A stretch of DNA of 64,000 nucleotides from Carcharhinus longimanus. Lineage: Eukaryota. Position 1 is the stretch's first letter. Each line of letters starts with the position of its first letter. Location: NCBI GenBank assembly GCA_030264375.1, contig JASCQW010000190.1:20220015-20284014 (forward strand), in the 5' to 3' direction. Of this stretch, positions 35,180-46,712 are shown piece after piece. A program made the translations under genes and the position numbers. Under the pieces are notes generated by a model. That model was not told where the DNA came from and did not search any database. It saw nothing but the letters and a program-made list of their open reading frames with translations.

Positions 35180-35860
35180 CTCCTCCTAACATTCAAAGGC
35201 ATTACCGTCACTGAATCCACCACTATTAACATCCTCGGGGTTACAATTCAGTAGAAATGGGTCTGGACCAGTCACACAAATACAGTGGCTACAAGAGCGG
35301 CTCAGAGGATGGGAAATCCATGGTTGCTAACTTACCACCTTGACTCTCCACCTTGACTTGCCTGTCTACCATCTACAAGGCACAAGTCAGGAGTGTGGCG
35401 TAATACTGTCAACTTGCATCAGTTGTGTGATGAGTGCAGCTTGAACAAAAGTCAAGAAGTTTAACACCATCCAGGGCAAAGCATCCCACTTGACTGGCAC
35501 TCCAACCACCACCTTCACCATTCAGTCCCTCTACCACTGACACACTGGCAGCAGTGGGTACCATCTACCAGACACATTGCAGCAACTTAGCAAGGCTCCT
35601 TAGATTCCTCTACTGCCATGAAGGATAAGGGCAGCAGCAGCATGGAAACACTCCCACCTGCAAGCCACTCACCATCCTAACTTGGAACTGTATCGCTGCT
35701 CCGTCAATATTACTAGGTCAAAATCCAGGAACTCCCTCCCTAACAGCACTGTCCCACATGGACTGCAGGAAGGTGGCTCACCATCACATCCTCAAGGACA
35801 AAGGCAGTAAAAACAGGCCTAAGCCAGTGATGCCCAATCCCCATAAATGAACAAAAAAGA
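35180..35860 (+). mobile_element. CR1/L2-group LINE 3' fragment sharing its tail with the MetaSINE-like family
   Basis: INILGVTI, TIYKAQVRSV, WNSLPNS-like motifs; ends GCCAGTGATGCCCAATCCCCATAAATGAACAAAA. Confidence 0.8.
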
Positions 35861-38454
35861 ACTCCAAAAGGATGGGGAGAAATGTCTGTCGAGGCAGCTA
35901 TTTGAAATAAGGGTGGAGAAAGAGAGAAAAAGTGTAGAAGGGCAATTCGAGAAGACCTCCTATGTTTAGGAAAACTGCAACTCCTTCACAGAACCAGATT
36001 TACAATCTGTTACTTGTAACACACTGAAGAAATAGTCCCCAGGTATGAATGAATAAAAGACGTCAGAAAGATTTCTCTAATGCTTCGCCATTGTGGGAAC
36101 TAAGTAGGATCTTGTTTCTCCCACAATTTATTTAGTCTATATTTTGAAGCTGTGTGCTTCATTCTTCAACTTGAGGTGAAGGTAGCAGTTTATATGGCAG
36201 GAGGTTGCTCTGTTTGCAGGGATTTCCTGATGCTGTTCTGAAATCTGCTGCCAGGAGGTGTATGAGAGCAGCCCTGGAAGCGAAACTGTCTCCCTCTTCT
36301 ACGCTGGCATCTTCCCCAGCGACGTAACCAATTTTTGTGTGACTAGTCACAGGGTGCAGAAGACATAAGGTGCCACTGACACCCTGAACAACAATGCACC
36401 ATGCCACCATTCAGTGGACGTAGCTCTAACCATTCTGACATGGATTGATTGATTTATACAATTATTGTTCTGGTTAAGTATTGTTCATTTGATTTTACAA
36501 ATAAATGGATGTGCTTTGGCTTTAATCNNNNNNNNNNNNNNNNNNNNNNNNNNNNNNNNNNNNNNNNNNNNNNNNNNNNNNNNNNNNNNNNNNNNNNNNN
36601 NNNNNNNNNNNNNNNNNNNNNNNNNNNNNNNNNNNNNNNNNNNNNNNNNNNNNNNNNNNNNNNNNNNNNNNNNNNNNNNNNNNNNNNNNNNNNNNNNNNN
36701 NNNNNNNNNNNNNNNNNNNNNNNNNNNNNNNNNNNNNNNNNNNNNNNNNNNNNNNNNNNNNNNNNNNNNNNNNNNNNNNNNNNNNNNNNNNNNNNNNNNN
36801 NNNNNNNNNNNNNNNNNNNNNNNNNNNNNNNNNNNNNNNAGTTGCATAGACTTCAGAGCCCATATGAGAAACTTACATTTACTGACATTTTGCTAATTAC
36901 TCCCCATCTCCAGGCATCTCTCTACACCGAATTACAAAGCATCTCCAACCAAAGGGTGAGCAGACCAACCTGCTGCTTGAAGCTGAGCTGTTATTGAACT
37001 AGCTAAGGGAAGTTGTGCAAGAGAAGCCTGGGAAAAGCTCCCATAGGTCCTCCCTTTGTAGGGAACAGCCAAACATTTTCAGATAGCACTGCTCTTATTG
37101 GAAAATCATCAGGTGGGAAAACTCAAATCCTTCCATGGAACCCTGTTGAAGTGTACGTGAAGGGCGCAGTTAAAACAAGTGAAGTATGACGGTTGCCATT
37201 AGAGACCTAATGCGGTGACACTCTGTTACAGTGCACAGATCTCTTGCAGCCCAAGAAAAATGGGTTGTTTCTGTCAACAGTCTCATCAATTCCTAACAAT
37301 ATTTGGGGAGGCAATCCCAGATTATTAAAGACAAGTACTTTTGTGGGCACGGGTCTTAGTGTAATATGGGAAAAATGCAAAGCAAAACTTCAGATCATTA
37401 TAATGTCAATTCTGTGTCATGGACTTGAACTGGACCTGGATGGTTGGAATGAAAATCTCTTCTGTCTAGTAGAATGCAAGAGGCCGAAGTGAAACTCTCT
37501 TGCTGAGTTGATTCAGCCCTGTTGTCATTCAGGGTACATCTGCAGCACAACGCTGGCTATGGTTTGATGCTAATTGGAATCAGTGTAAAGTGGAGTGTCA
37601 AATAAATGGAAAAGGGGCACTCTTCTGAGTTCAGTGTTGAGGCAGAGCAGATATAACTTAACACTATGTCAAATCCATCCATTATCTGATTTGGGATAAT
37701 GCTGGGTGCCAGAAATGGTAAATACATTCAATTCCTCAGCACACTTTCTCTAAGAAGCACGCACTGATTAAAAATGCTAAACAACACAGGGACTAAAATT
37801 GTCAGCATTGTTTGGGGTAGGGAATAGGATTAGCCATTAATCTCTGAACAATATAGTTCACTCTGTGTTCGTTGATGAGCTTTGCATAAACTGAATCTTC
37901 ATATCATTTCCTAAATTACATCTGTAAATTGTGTGTGCCTGAATAAATGGGCACAGGGGGAAAATATCAGTGGGAAAAGATCTACCAGTACAAAATATAT
38001 TCTTCCATCAGATGACAGTAATGGTAATAGAGGATGCCATTTTTAAATACAGCTTTGATTTGAATGACAAAGGACGGTTAGTTTAGCCACTATGCTTGTG
38101 TTAGTGATTTATAGCCTAAATTTCTCTGTATATGCAGTCCCTCAGACTTCAAGATGTAGAAGGAAATGTCAGTATAATCTAGACAAAGTTGCTTTTCATT
38201 GAAGTCACACATATAGTTTAATATCAACATGGATCATCACTTAAGTTCAGATGTGGAACTCGTACAAATTCAACGAATGGCCCAGAATTTCTTGGCTAGT
38301 TTTGGGGTAGATTACAGTTGCAGTGTTTTTCTTCAGAAACTGGCACATAGCTGGCTTACCCCGGTTTACACTAAACATCACAATGTGTGATACAAGTTGC
38401 ACCCACAGAAATCCCTTTTGTCTGATTGACCTCCATTCAAATGAGCAAGAGAAG

Positions 38455-38610
38455 TGGGGCGAGTTCCGTGTGTTTCCTGTTGGCGGGATGTGACGCCTTG
38501 TTTGCAAGCGACAGGTTTCTCTGATCCCATCGCTGTCGATGGGAATTCCCATTGATATCAAACCTGCGGACGGGGGGTGCGTGGCCGGCGGGACTGGAGA
38601 ATCCTGCCTG
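38455..38610. mobile_element. Small GC-rich MITE-like element
   Basis: GGGCGAGTTCC...GGAGAATCCTGCC termini, CpG-rich. Confidence 0.55.
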
Positions 38611-39054
38611 CGTGAACAGCCGTAGAGTTTCAGTTGCGAAATATCTATACTGAAGCCCATTTTGAACTAGTGCAAGCGAACACATAAAATGTTACTCATA
38701 GCAGGATCTATTTCTGATCCTTTATAATCATATCTCAGCAATTGTATTTACTATATTTCTCCTTGCTGAGACCTATCCTGGATTTTCTATATCTTTGATT
38801 ATTTTTATGGTATGTCAATAGAGGAAAGCACACTTGCATTTTCTTAAACCGGATATGCTTAATGCTGTCTTGGTAGCTTCAAGCTTAATGTTCATAATAT
38901 TAGCAAGATAGAAAGGAGCTTTGAACGTGGAGGTGCTGTATAATTTCCATTTCCCTCAAGTCCTGATTGTCTGCACTGATTTTCATTTAATTTATGCTTT
39001 TTCCAAGGAGGATTTTTCACAGAGAATTCCAGAGCATGTTCTCGTTATTAAAAT

Positions 39055-39625
39055 CAACATAGAATCGCAGAATTTTTAAGACGTGGAAGGTGGCCATTTG
39101 GCCCATCGGGGGGAGTTTTCCCATCCTGCCCACCACGGGAATCATAGCGGGTGGGAGGGTGGGAAAGGTCCATTGACCTCAGACAGGATTTTCTGCCTTT
39201 GGGGTGTGCGTGGCTGGAAAATCCCACAATCGTGTCTATGCCAGTTCTCCAGGCAAACATCGTGGCTTTGTCTCATTCCCCTGTCTTTTCCCCATACTAT
39301 GTGCATTGTTTCTATTCAAGTAATCATCTAATGCCTTTTTGAATGCCTTGTTTGAATCTGCCTCCACCCCACACTTGTAGGCAGTGCATTCCCGACCCAA
39401 ATTACTCAGTGTGTGAAAAAGTTCTTTTTTTGCATCATGTTTTCTTCTTTTGCAAATCACTTTGAATCTGTGCCCTCTCATTCTTGATTGTTTGATGAGC
39501 GCGAACAGCTACTCCCTATCTACTCAGTCCAGCCCTCGCATGGTTTTGAACATCTTTATCAAATCTCCTTTTAGCCTTCTTCTCTCCAAGAAGAATAGTC
39601 CCATCTCTCCAAACTATCCTATAAC
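39055..39625 (-). mobile_element. CR1-like LINE 3' fragment with nested MITE-like insert (39110-39228)
   Basis: RGHRFKVICKRRKHDAKK...AFKKALDDYL; insert GGGAGTTTTCC...GGAAAATCCC. Confidence 0.8.
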
Positions 39626-39831
39626 TGATGTTGGAGAGAAGCAAGCTTGTGATAAAACAAATTACAATGCCATTTCTGAACCAGTACACTCCTGGAAATT
39701 CCTGGCTGTGACATCAGTTCTTACTCATCTGCCTTTTCTGTTATTTGAAACAATCATAGGCATGTGTTCTTCCATGGAAGGATAGTCAAACGTACATTGC
39801 TTTTTATCTTTGGTTTATAAGACTCCATCAG

Positions 39832-40045
39832 TAAAACTAAAGCAGAAATGCTGGAAAAACTGAACAAGTCTGACAGCATCTGTGGATAGAGAATAGGGCC
39901 AACATTTCGAAGACTCCGATGAAGGATGATATAGACTCAAAATATTGGCTCTATTCCCTCTCGACAGATGCTGTTGGACCTGCTGAGATTTTCCAGCATT
40001 TTCTGTTTTTGTTTCAGATTCCAGCATCTGCAGTATTTTGCTTTT
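39832..40045. mobile_element. Penelope-type terminal fragment forming a ~78-bp inverted repeat
   Basis: ACAGATGCTG..GACCTGCTGAG.TTTTCCAGCATTTTCTG motif present in both orientations. Confidence 0.7.
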
Positions 40046-40629
40046 CTCCCTCAGTAAAATCTCTTTTTAACTTGATTTTGTTAAACCACCCTGAATATTG
40101 AAAACTAAGATTATTAGGGTAACTTCAAACGTACGTCACCATGGTGCTTCACCAACACAGTGAGTTCACCAATTTGGTTTCCAGCTATACCTCCCTATTG
40201 CTCAAGTTTTAATAGTTCTCAGTTAGGCCCTGGATTCACACACACAGGGAGAGTGCTGGGTGGGTGGAAGGAAGAATGGACGACAGTTAGATTTCTCAGA
40301 TCAGATCTCTTGATTCCAAAAGGTAATCGATAAGGAGTTTGAAATGAGAAAGCTTACAAAATATTGAGTAAAATGGGATGTAACATCAGTGAATTGAATA
40401 CAATCGGATCACTTGAGGCAAGTGATGGAATTTTCTATTCACTAATTCCATTAATTGAATTTCCGTTCAGTCACAAAATTAGTTATTATTTGAACTAAGC
40501 ACCTTGGTGACACTGCCAACACAAATAGTGAATTACCAAGAGTGTAAATATGAATGCTGTATTAGCGTATCTTGGGTATGCTTTGAAAATGTTTTAAGTA
40601 CTCAACCTGTAATGCTGTGCGATTTTTTT

Positions 40630-40967
40630 TTAATTTATTCATTTTACGGGATGTGGGTGTCACTGGCTGGGCCCAACCTTTATTGCCCATCCCTAAGTGC
40701 CCTACATTTCAGAGGGCATTTGAGAGTCAACCACATTGCTGTGGGTCTGGAGTCATCTGTAGGCCAGACCAGGTAAGAACTGCAGATTTCGTTCCCTAAA
40801 GGACATTAGTGAATCAGATGGGGTTTTTTTTTACTAAAATTGACAATGGTTGTTATTAAACTTTTAATTCCAAATTTCACCATCTGCTATTGTAGGATTT
40901 GAACCAGGCATTACCCTGGTTCTGGATTCTCGTCTAATGACAATACCACTACACCACTACCTCCTCC
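40630..40967 (-). mobile_element. MetaSINE-like element
   Basis: Homologous to 7042-7430. Confidence 0.85.
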
Positions 40968-42026
40968 AAATGAGGTACTTATAATGAGCCTATTTCAGTG
41001 GTCTTGCTGCAGTTTCTTAACTAATTCTTCAAAGTGGGCATGGAGGAAGTTCACTTTTCTCGTTCTTTTGAATAGAAATGCAGTTATCAGACAGAGAAAA
41101 AGGATTTCTGGTGCTTATACCCTATACGTGAACCCATGCATCTTCTGCAATCTGAAACTCCCATCTCTGAATTTCTGTTCCACAGACAACTTGTACTTTA
41201 AAAACTCAGGGAGATCCCAATTCACCATTTTAACTCATATTCTTACTTTGATTCTTGTAATCCCAGGAAATAGAAATAACAAATAACTCAAGTTATTTTC
41301 AAGCTCCAAATTGAATTACTAAATGTATTTATAGCAATTCTAAAAGGAACGGAACATCACAGTTCTACACAATGACTAGCTACTTAATCCCACACCTTTG
41401 ATGATTGCACTCTGCTCATTCAGTGGTAAACAGTTTATAGTATTTTGCACCACTAGCCTGTCTCTTATTCCAGTACTAATGTCACAAAAGCTCCCCAAGA
41501 GGTTCCTTGCAACTCTCTATCTGCTTTCTCAAGCACCCTAGCTACCTTGGAACATGTACTTATTCTGTTTCTCTTTGATCTATTCAGAGAAGATGGTAAA
41601 TTTATTATAGGCATAAAAGGCCGTTCTATCCTTTAGCCAATGTCCAGTTTGCTCCTTTGTCTTTCTGGTGGTGCCTGTGCCAATGTGATCTGAATGTGAT
41701 TGTCACAGAATAGATGTTGATCGTGCCTCAGAGATCATGGCTCAGTTGGCACATAAAACCGATCTGAGGATGACAATCAGTGGTCCAGACAATCTGGCAC
41801 CCAGTTGGCCATGTTGGCACAAGACAAATCCAGCCTTTGCTTTTCAATTGATGCATAGAAAATTATCTCCAACTAAATTTACGCTGTGACAAGTTTACTG
41901 ACCAATGTAGTGCCATATTAAAAGAATGCTGGCTCCTTCCGCAACCATTAAATGCAAATGTGCAGAATAATTACCAGCAGTGAGATGCAGATTTAATCAT
42001 GGTTACCTTCATTACAATTCCTCATA

Positions 42027-42336
42027 TAAAGTTTAAGTTTAAAATTTATTTATTAGTGTCACAAATAGGCCTGCGTTAACGCTGCAATGAAGTTACTGTG
42101 AAAATCCCCTAGTCGCCACACTCCGGCACCAGTCCGGGTACACTGAGGAAGAATTTAGCATGGTCAATGCACCTAACCAGCACATCTTTTGGACTGTGGA
42201 AGGGAACCGGATGCTCGGAGGAAACCCACACAGACACAGGGAGAATGTGCAGACACTGCATAGGCTGTGACCCAAGCCAGGAATTGAACCCACGTCCATG
42301 GCTCTGTGAGACAACTGTGCTAACCACTATGCCACC
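42027..42336 (-). mobile_element. V-SINE (tail type B)
   Basis: Full family structure. Confidence 0.92.
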
Positions 42337-43010
42337 TAAAAGTGGCATTATAGTCGGAGAGGAACACATTGGAATTTCAGCGCAGAACAGATCACAGTGT
42401 AAGAGGGAACTCAACTGCTATAGCAAGAGAATTGTAACACCACACCACCACCCCAACCCCCACATATCTTTGCAAAGTTAAAACAAGATGGTTGACTCCG
42501 CAGAACTGAGAGAAACTTGCTCAACATGTGGTTCTTGACAAGGCTTTCCTACTCCTTAGCAAAGACGGAACACTAACACTCACTGGAGAAAAAGAACCAT
42601 AATAAAGCAAATGTTACAGATAGTTGAGGGAGAATGTTAGGGATTAGGCATCCGTTATAAATTTTACTAATCTCCAATAGATTGTGCTTCTGGATTTACT
42701 CCTTTTAACTTACTTTGTTTTCTCTCCCTTGGCTGAGCTCAGAAGTAAGACTGGTGCATAATATAGGAATGCCCTTTTCTAAATAGTAGAAACATCCCTG
42801 GAATCTACTATGCTAATCAAAACAAAATCAAAGTCATTTTTCCCACTGCGATAGATGTAATATCAAGACATGCATTTCTAACCCAAGATTTTTGACGTCA
42901 ATACATAAGGTAAACATGAAATACGCTTTATTTGTAAGCCAAAAACACAATATTCAGAATGCACAATGCACAAAACCAATTTATATTTAGTTACTTTTTT
43001 GTACAGAACT

Positions 43011-43400
43011 TGAATATTGCTGAAAAAAGAGACATGCTGTTGAAGCTTTTCACCTGATACTCATTAGGACTAATTTGCAAGAGTTCCAATTCTAAAGGGG
43101 ACAACAATTCATATTGCATGATAAGAGGGTGCTGGTTGATTTGCAAGAGAACTCTAGTAGAGGCATTGCTATGAAAGGTGTACCAGGGAACAGTTAATTG
43201 CTAAGCTTTTGTTTAAATTCAAACCAGGCAGTTTGAACCAGGCCTAGTCTAAATGATAAACAGTGTAAGTTGTTCCCTTTCGATTTGGTGCTCTTGCAGT
43301 GAAGCATGCCGCTGAAGCTTTTTGTCTTGCACTCATCAGAACAGATAAATTCAAGACAAAAAGCTTCAACAGCATGCCTTGTTTTTCAGCAATACACAAT
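43011..43400. mobile_element. Penelope-like terminal segments in inverted orientation with hammerhead-like motifs
   Basis: TATTGCTGAAAAAAGAGACATGCTGTTGAAGCTTTT at left vs AAAAGCTTCAACAGCATGCCTTGTTTTTCAGCAATA at right; homologous to 23350-23910. Confidence 0.72.
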
Positions 43401-43412
43401 TAACAGTCACCA

Positions 43413-44500
43413 TCAAAGTGGAAGATTTTTTTCTCTTTCATGTTTTGGTACATCTTGGACAACCTGGTGAATTGCAGGTTTGAAGGATACTTGAATGGAT
43501 TGTGGCATTGTGTGCTTTTGTCTTTCTTGGTGCAACTCCCTGTCACAGCTCATGACTCTGTTAATGTCTCTGCTGACCTTTAACCTTCTTTCCAAAGAAG
43601 GATCATTGTCTTCAAAAAGGTGCCATGCCCTTTCAATGAGCTTGAAAGCCTCTAACGTGAGTTGCACTGTCAGACTTCCTCCTCTTCCCCTAGTGTAGCT
43701 CACTCTTGCACAAGCTACATTAGCTCCTTGTTGGTCAATCCTTTGCAGTGGGCCTCCAACACCCTCTCAATGTTATCCTGGTCCACCTCAGAAAACCCTA
43801 CCTTGTTGGCCATCATAACTTGGTGAACCAATTCAGTTGACTCACTGAAATCATAAACTTTAAAACTGAGATGAGGTGGAACTACTTCTGGCAGAGGGTG
43901 GTGAATTTGTGGAACTCGCTGCCCCATAGCGCATTGGAGTCTGAATCATTGAATGGCTTCAAGGAGGAGATTGATACATTTCTAACAAAAAAGGCTTAAA
44001 AGGATTTGGGGAACAGGTGGGGAGATGGATTTGAGAACAGGGAAAGATCAGCCATGATCTGAATGAATAGCGGAGCAGGCTTGAAGAGCTGAATTTGCCT
44101 ACTTCTGCTCCTAATTCCTATGTTCCGATGAACAGCTTCAAGGAAGATCTTGGACCAAACACACATTGTACCTCTTCTCATGCATTTGCAATGTTGCTAA
44201 TTGCCTGAACAATGTTACAACCATACCAAAATTCACGTGTCATTGGCTCACCTTCATCCTCTATCTCCCTGATCAATTGTGCAAATGTCCCATAGAGTGA
44301 GTGAGCTTCAAGATGGTAAGCCATGGATGAGATCAAGAATATGGAGTTTTTAGGGAGATATTCTATACTTGGATGCATTTGGAGAGGTCATTCTGATTCA
44401 AAGGGTGTCCCGCAACATTTTCAAAAGTAGCAAATCTTTATGAGTGTTTTTCTCCCTGAGCATAATAGTCCTAAAAGCTGGACAAAAATGCACTGAGGTT
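43413..44500 (-). pseudogene. Tigger/pogo-family DDE transposase fossil (Tigger1/TIGD1-like), split by a CR1 tail
   Basis: HPSIEYLPKNSIFLISSM...TFAQLIRE...REFWYGCNIVQAISNIANA; GFSEVDQDNIERVLEAHCKGLTNKELM; AFKLIERAWHLFEDNDPSLERRLKV. Confidence 0.85.
43858..44126 (+). mobile_element. CR1 LINE 3' end inserted in the Tigger fossil
   Basis: MRWNYFWQRVVNLWNSLP; tail GCCTACTTCTGCTCCTAATTCCTATGTTC. Confidence 0.9.
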
Positions 44501-45034
44501 TAGAATGCCTTTATTAAATCTCCCGTTCTCCTTCTTTGTTTAAGAGAGAACCATCCCAGATCCTCTAACCTCAGCATGTAACTGAAGGCCCTCATCCTGT
44601 GGCATCGCTCTGATCAATCTGGTCGGTGGAATATTTCAATTTATAACACAATAACCTGTGTTACACCTGCCAAAATGTTTACACACAGAAGACTCATTAT
44701 TCTACAAACCTCTCCTCCAGTTTGCAAAGCATCCATGAGAGGTTTGGCCTGCTCAGTCTTTCTAACCAGCTACGTTTGATGCCTGTAGTTGAATTTGGCT
44801 TTTGTTTCTACGAGGAGGAGATAACTATGCCCCAAATAATTGAATGAACATCTCCTGATGTGTATTTCAGGCACAGATTGTGGCTTTGTGCAGAGCATAC
44901 CTGATTATAAAATGCCTTGTCTGCAGATGGGTTTTGAGAAGAGGATTGTGGCTGACTGAGTGTTTCACAACTTTTAACCGGATATGTGAATAATTATAGT
45001 CAATCCTCAATATTTGTCTTAGCTGGATGATTTT

Positions 45035-45250
45035 ACTGGTATCTTGGGCTGATATTTTTTCCTCAGCGAACATCACAGAAACAGATGACATGGCCATTTT
45101 TATAGGACTCTTTGTGGGCCTTGCTACATGCAAATTGGCTGCCAGATTTCCCTTGTTGCAACAGTGACTGCATTTCAAAAGCATTTGTTTGGCTGTAAAG
45201 CCCTTTAGGATTTTCTGAGATTGCAAAAGATAAATGGAAGTCTTTCTTTT
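45035..45250 (+). mobile_element. DeuSINE (SacSINE1/AmnSINE1-like) remnant
   Basis: TTTGTGGGCCTTGCTACATGCAAATTGGCTGCC...CAACAGTGACTGCATTTCAAAAG...GGCTGTAAAGCCCTTT resembles the Deu domain and L2-like tail as I recall them. Confidence 0.65.
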
Positions 45251-45509
45251 GGATTCACTTCATCTCACCCTGCTGTTCGGAAGTATGATTTTATTTTCTT
45301 TGGTGTTGCATAGTGAGTTACTGTATTTATCCACTTTGGCAGGAATAGTAGTAGGAGGGATTACTATTTAAAGGGCGAAAAGCTGCAGCATGCTACGGTG
45401 CAGAGGGACNNNNNNNNNNNNNNNNNNNNNNNNNNNNNNNNNNNNNNNNNNNNNNNNNNNNNNNNNNNNNNNNNNNNNNNNNNNNNNNNNNNNNNNNNNN
45501 NNNNNNNNN

Positions 45510-45600
45510 CTCCAGACCCACAGCAACGTGGTTGACTTTCAAATGCCCTCTGAAATGGAGGGTAGATAGGAATGGGTAATAAATGCTGGTGTTGACACCT
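45510..45600 (+). mobile_element. 3' part of a MetaSINE-like element (rest in gap)
   Basis: CTCCAGACCCACAGCAACGTGGTTGACT...AATAAATGCTGG. Confidence 0.8.
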
Positions 45601-46496
45601 TGTTTGAGATCATTCTTGTGGCATTGCGTCCAAGTCCTCATTTTTTTTAATGGTGTCTGAATAATTTAACAGGGCTCCCAAAAGCCACCCCTTGCTAGGT
45701 TTGCCTGTGGCTTCATGAGGGGAAATCCCTCTTTCACAAGGACACCCCCTTCCCGCAATCACCATCCTACCTTTCTCCAGGACTTCAGCAATGGAATTTG
45801 ATGTAGGCCTCAGCCTATGAATGGCTGTAACTACCTCTCCCAATGGCACCATTGGGAATGGAGAGTTGCTCATCTCTGATTGGCTGGCAGGATTCCCACT
45901 TGACAGGGGCCTCGATCAGGAGGGAGACCCGGTGCTGTCCAGATAAGTGCCTGATTTCTTTAAAGAGCATTGAGACTTCCAGGCAAATGCAAGGTGGAGT
46001 TCCTGTAAGATCTTTAACCGGTGGAGGCAGGGTACCCAAAGCTAACACTAAATCCTGCCTGTTATCTCTGTTTCCCTTCTCACAGATGCTGCCTGACCTG
46101 ACAGGTATCTTCAGCATTTTCTGATTTTTATCTGGCCTGCGATGAATAGAATTTAATTCGTTCATCAATATTTCTACATCTACTTTTCCAACTTCTCTGT
46201 CCTTTTTCGGGATGTTATTACTGGGGAACTGGGTTATGGACCAAATGCAGGCAAACGGGACAAGTTCAGTGAAGGATACCTGGTCAACATGGAGGCGTTG
46301 GGCCGAAGGGCCTGTTTCCGTGCTGGATATCTCTAGCACTCTCTGATTCAATGCCAGTCTCTGCTGCATTTGCTACAGAGGAAGAGAGCGGGCTGAGATG
46401 GTGCGCGATTCGCTGGCCTCTGTGCTCTCTGGAGCCAGTTGAGTTGTGTAGCCCTTCTCGCAGGGTCTACCTAATTAGAATTGACTGTGTAATCAG

Positions 46497-46712
46497 GGTG
46501 GCACAGTGGTTGGCATTGCTGCCTCACAGTGCCAGGAACAATTCCCAGCTTGAATAACTGTGTTGGGTTTGCACATCGTCCTCGTTGCACGTAGCGGGTA
46601 AGTGGAACTGATCCACTTCAGATCAGCCATGATCTTATTGAATGGCAGGGCAGGCTCGAAGGGCGAGATGGCCTACTCCTGCTCCTATTTCTTATGTTCT
46701 TATGTTCTTAAG
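46497..46712 (+). mobile_element. V-SINE head fragment followed by a CR1 tail
   Basis: GGTGGCACAGTGGTTGGCATTGCTGCCTCACAG then GATCAGCCATGATC...TTCTTATGTTCTTATGTTCTT. Confidence 0.8.

Noticed and set aside
36220-36330. Possible plus-strand exon after ttgctctgtttgcag
   Set aside because: Weak donors and an unrecognised peptide; not distinguishable from chance.
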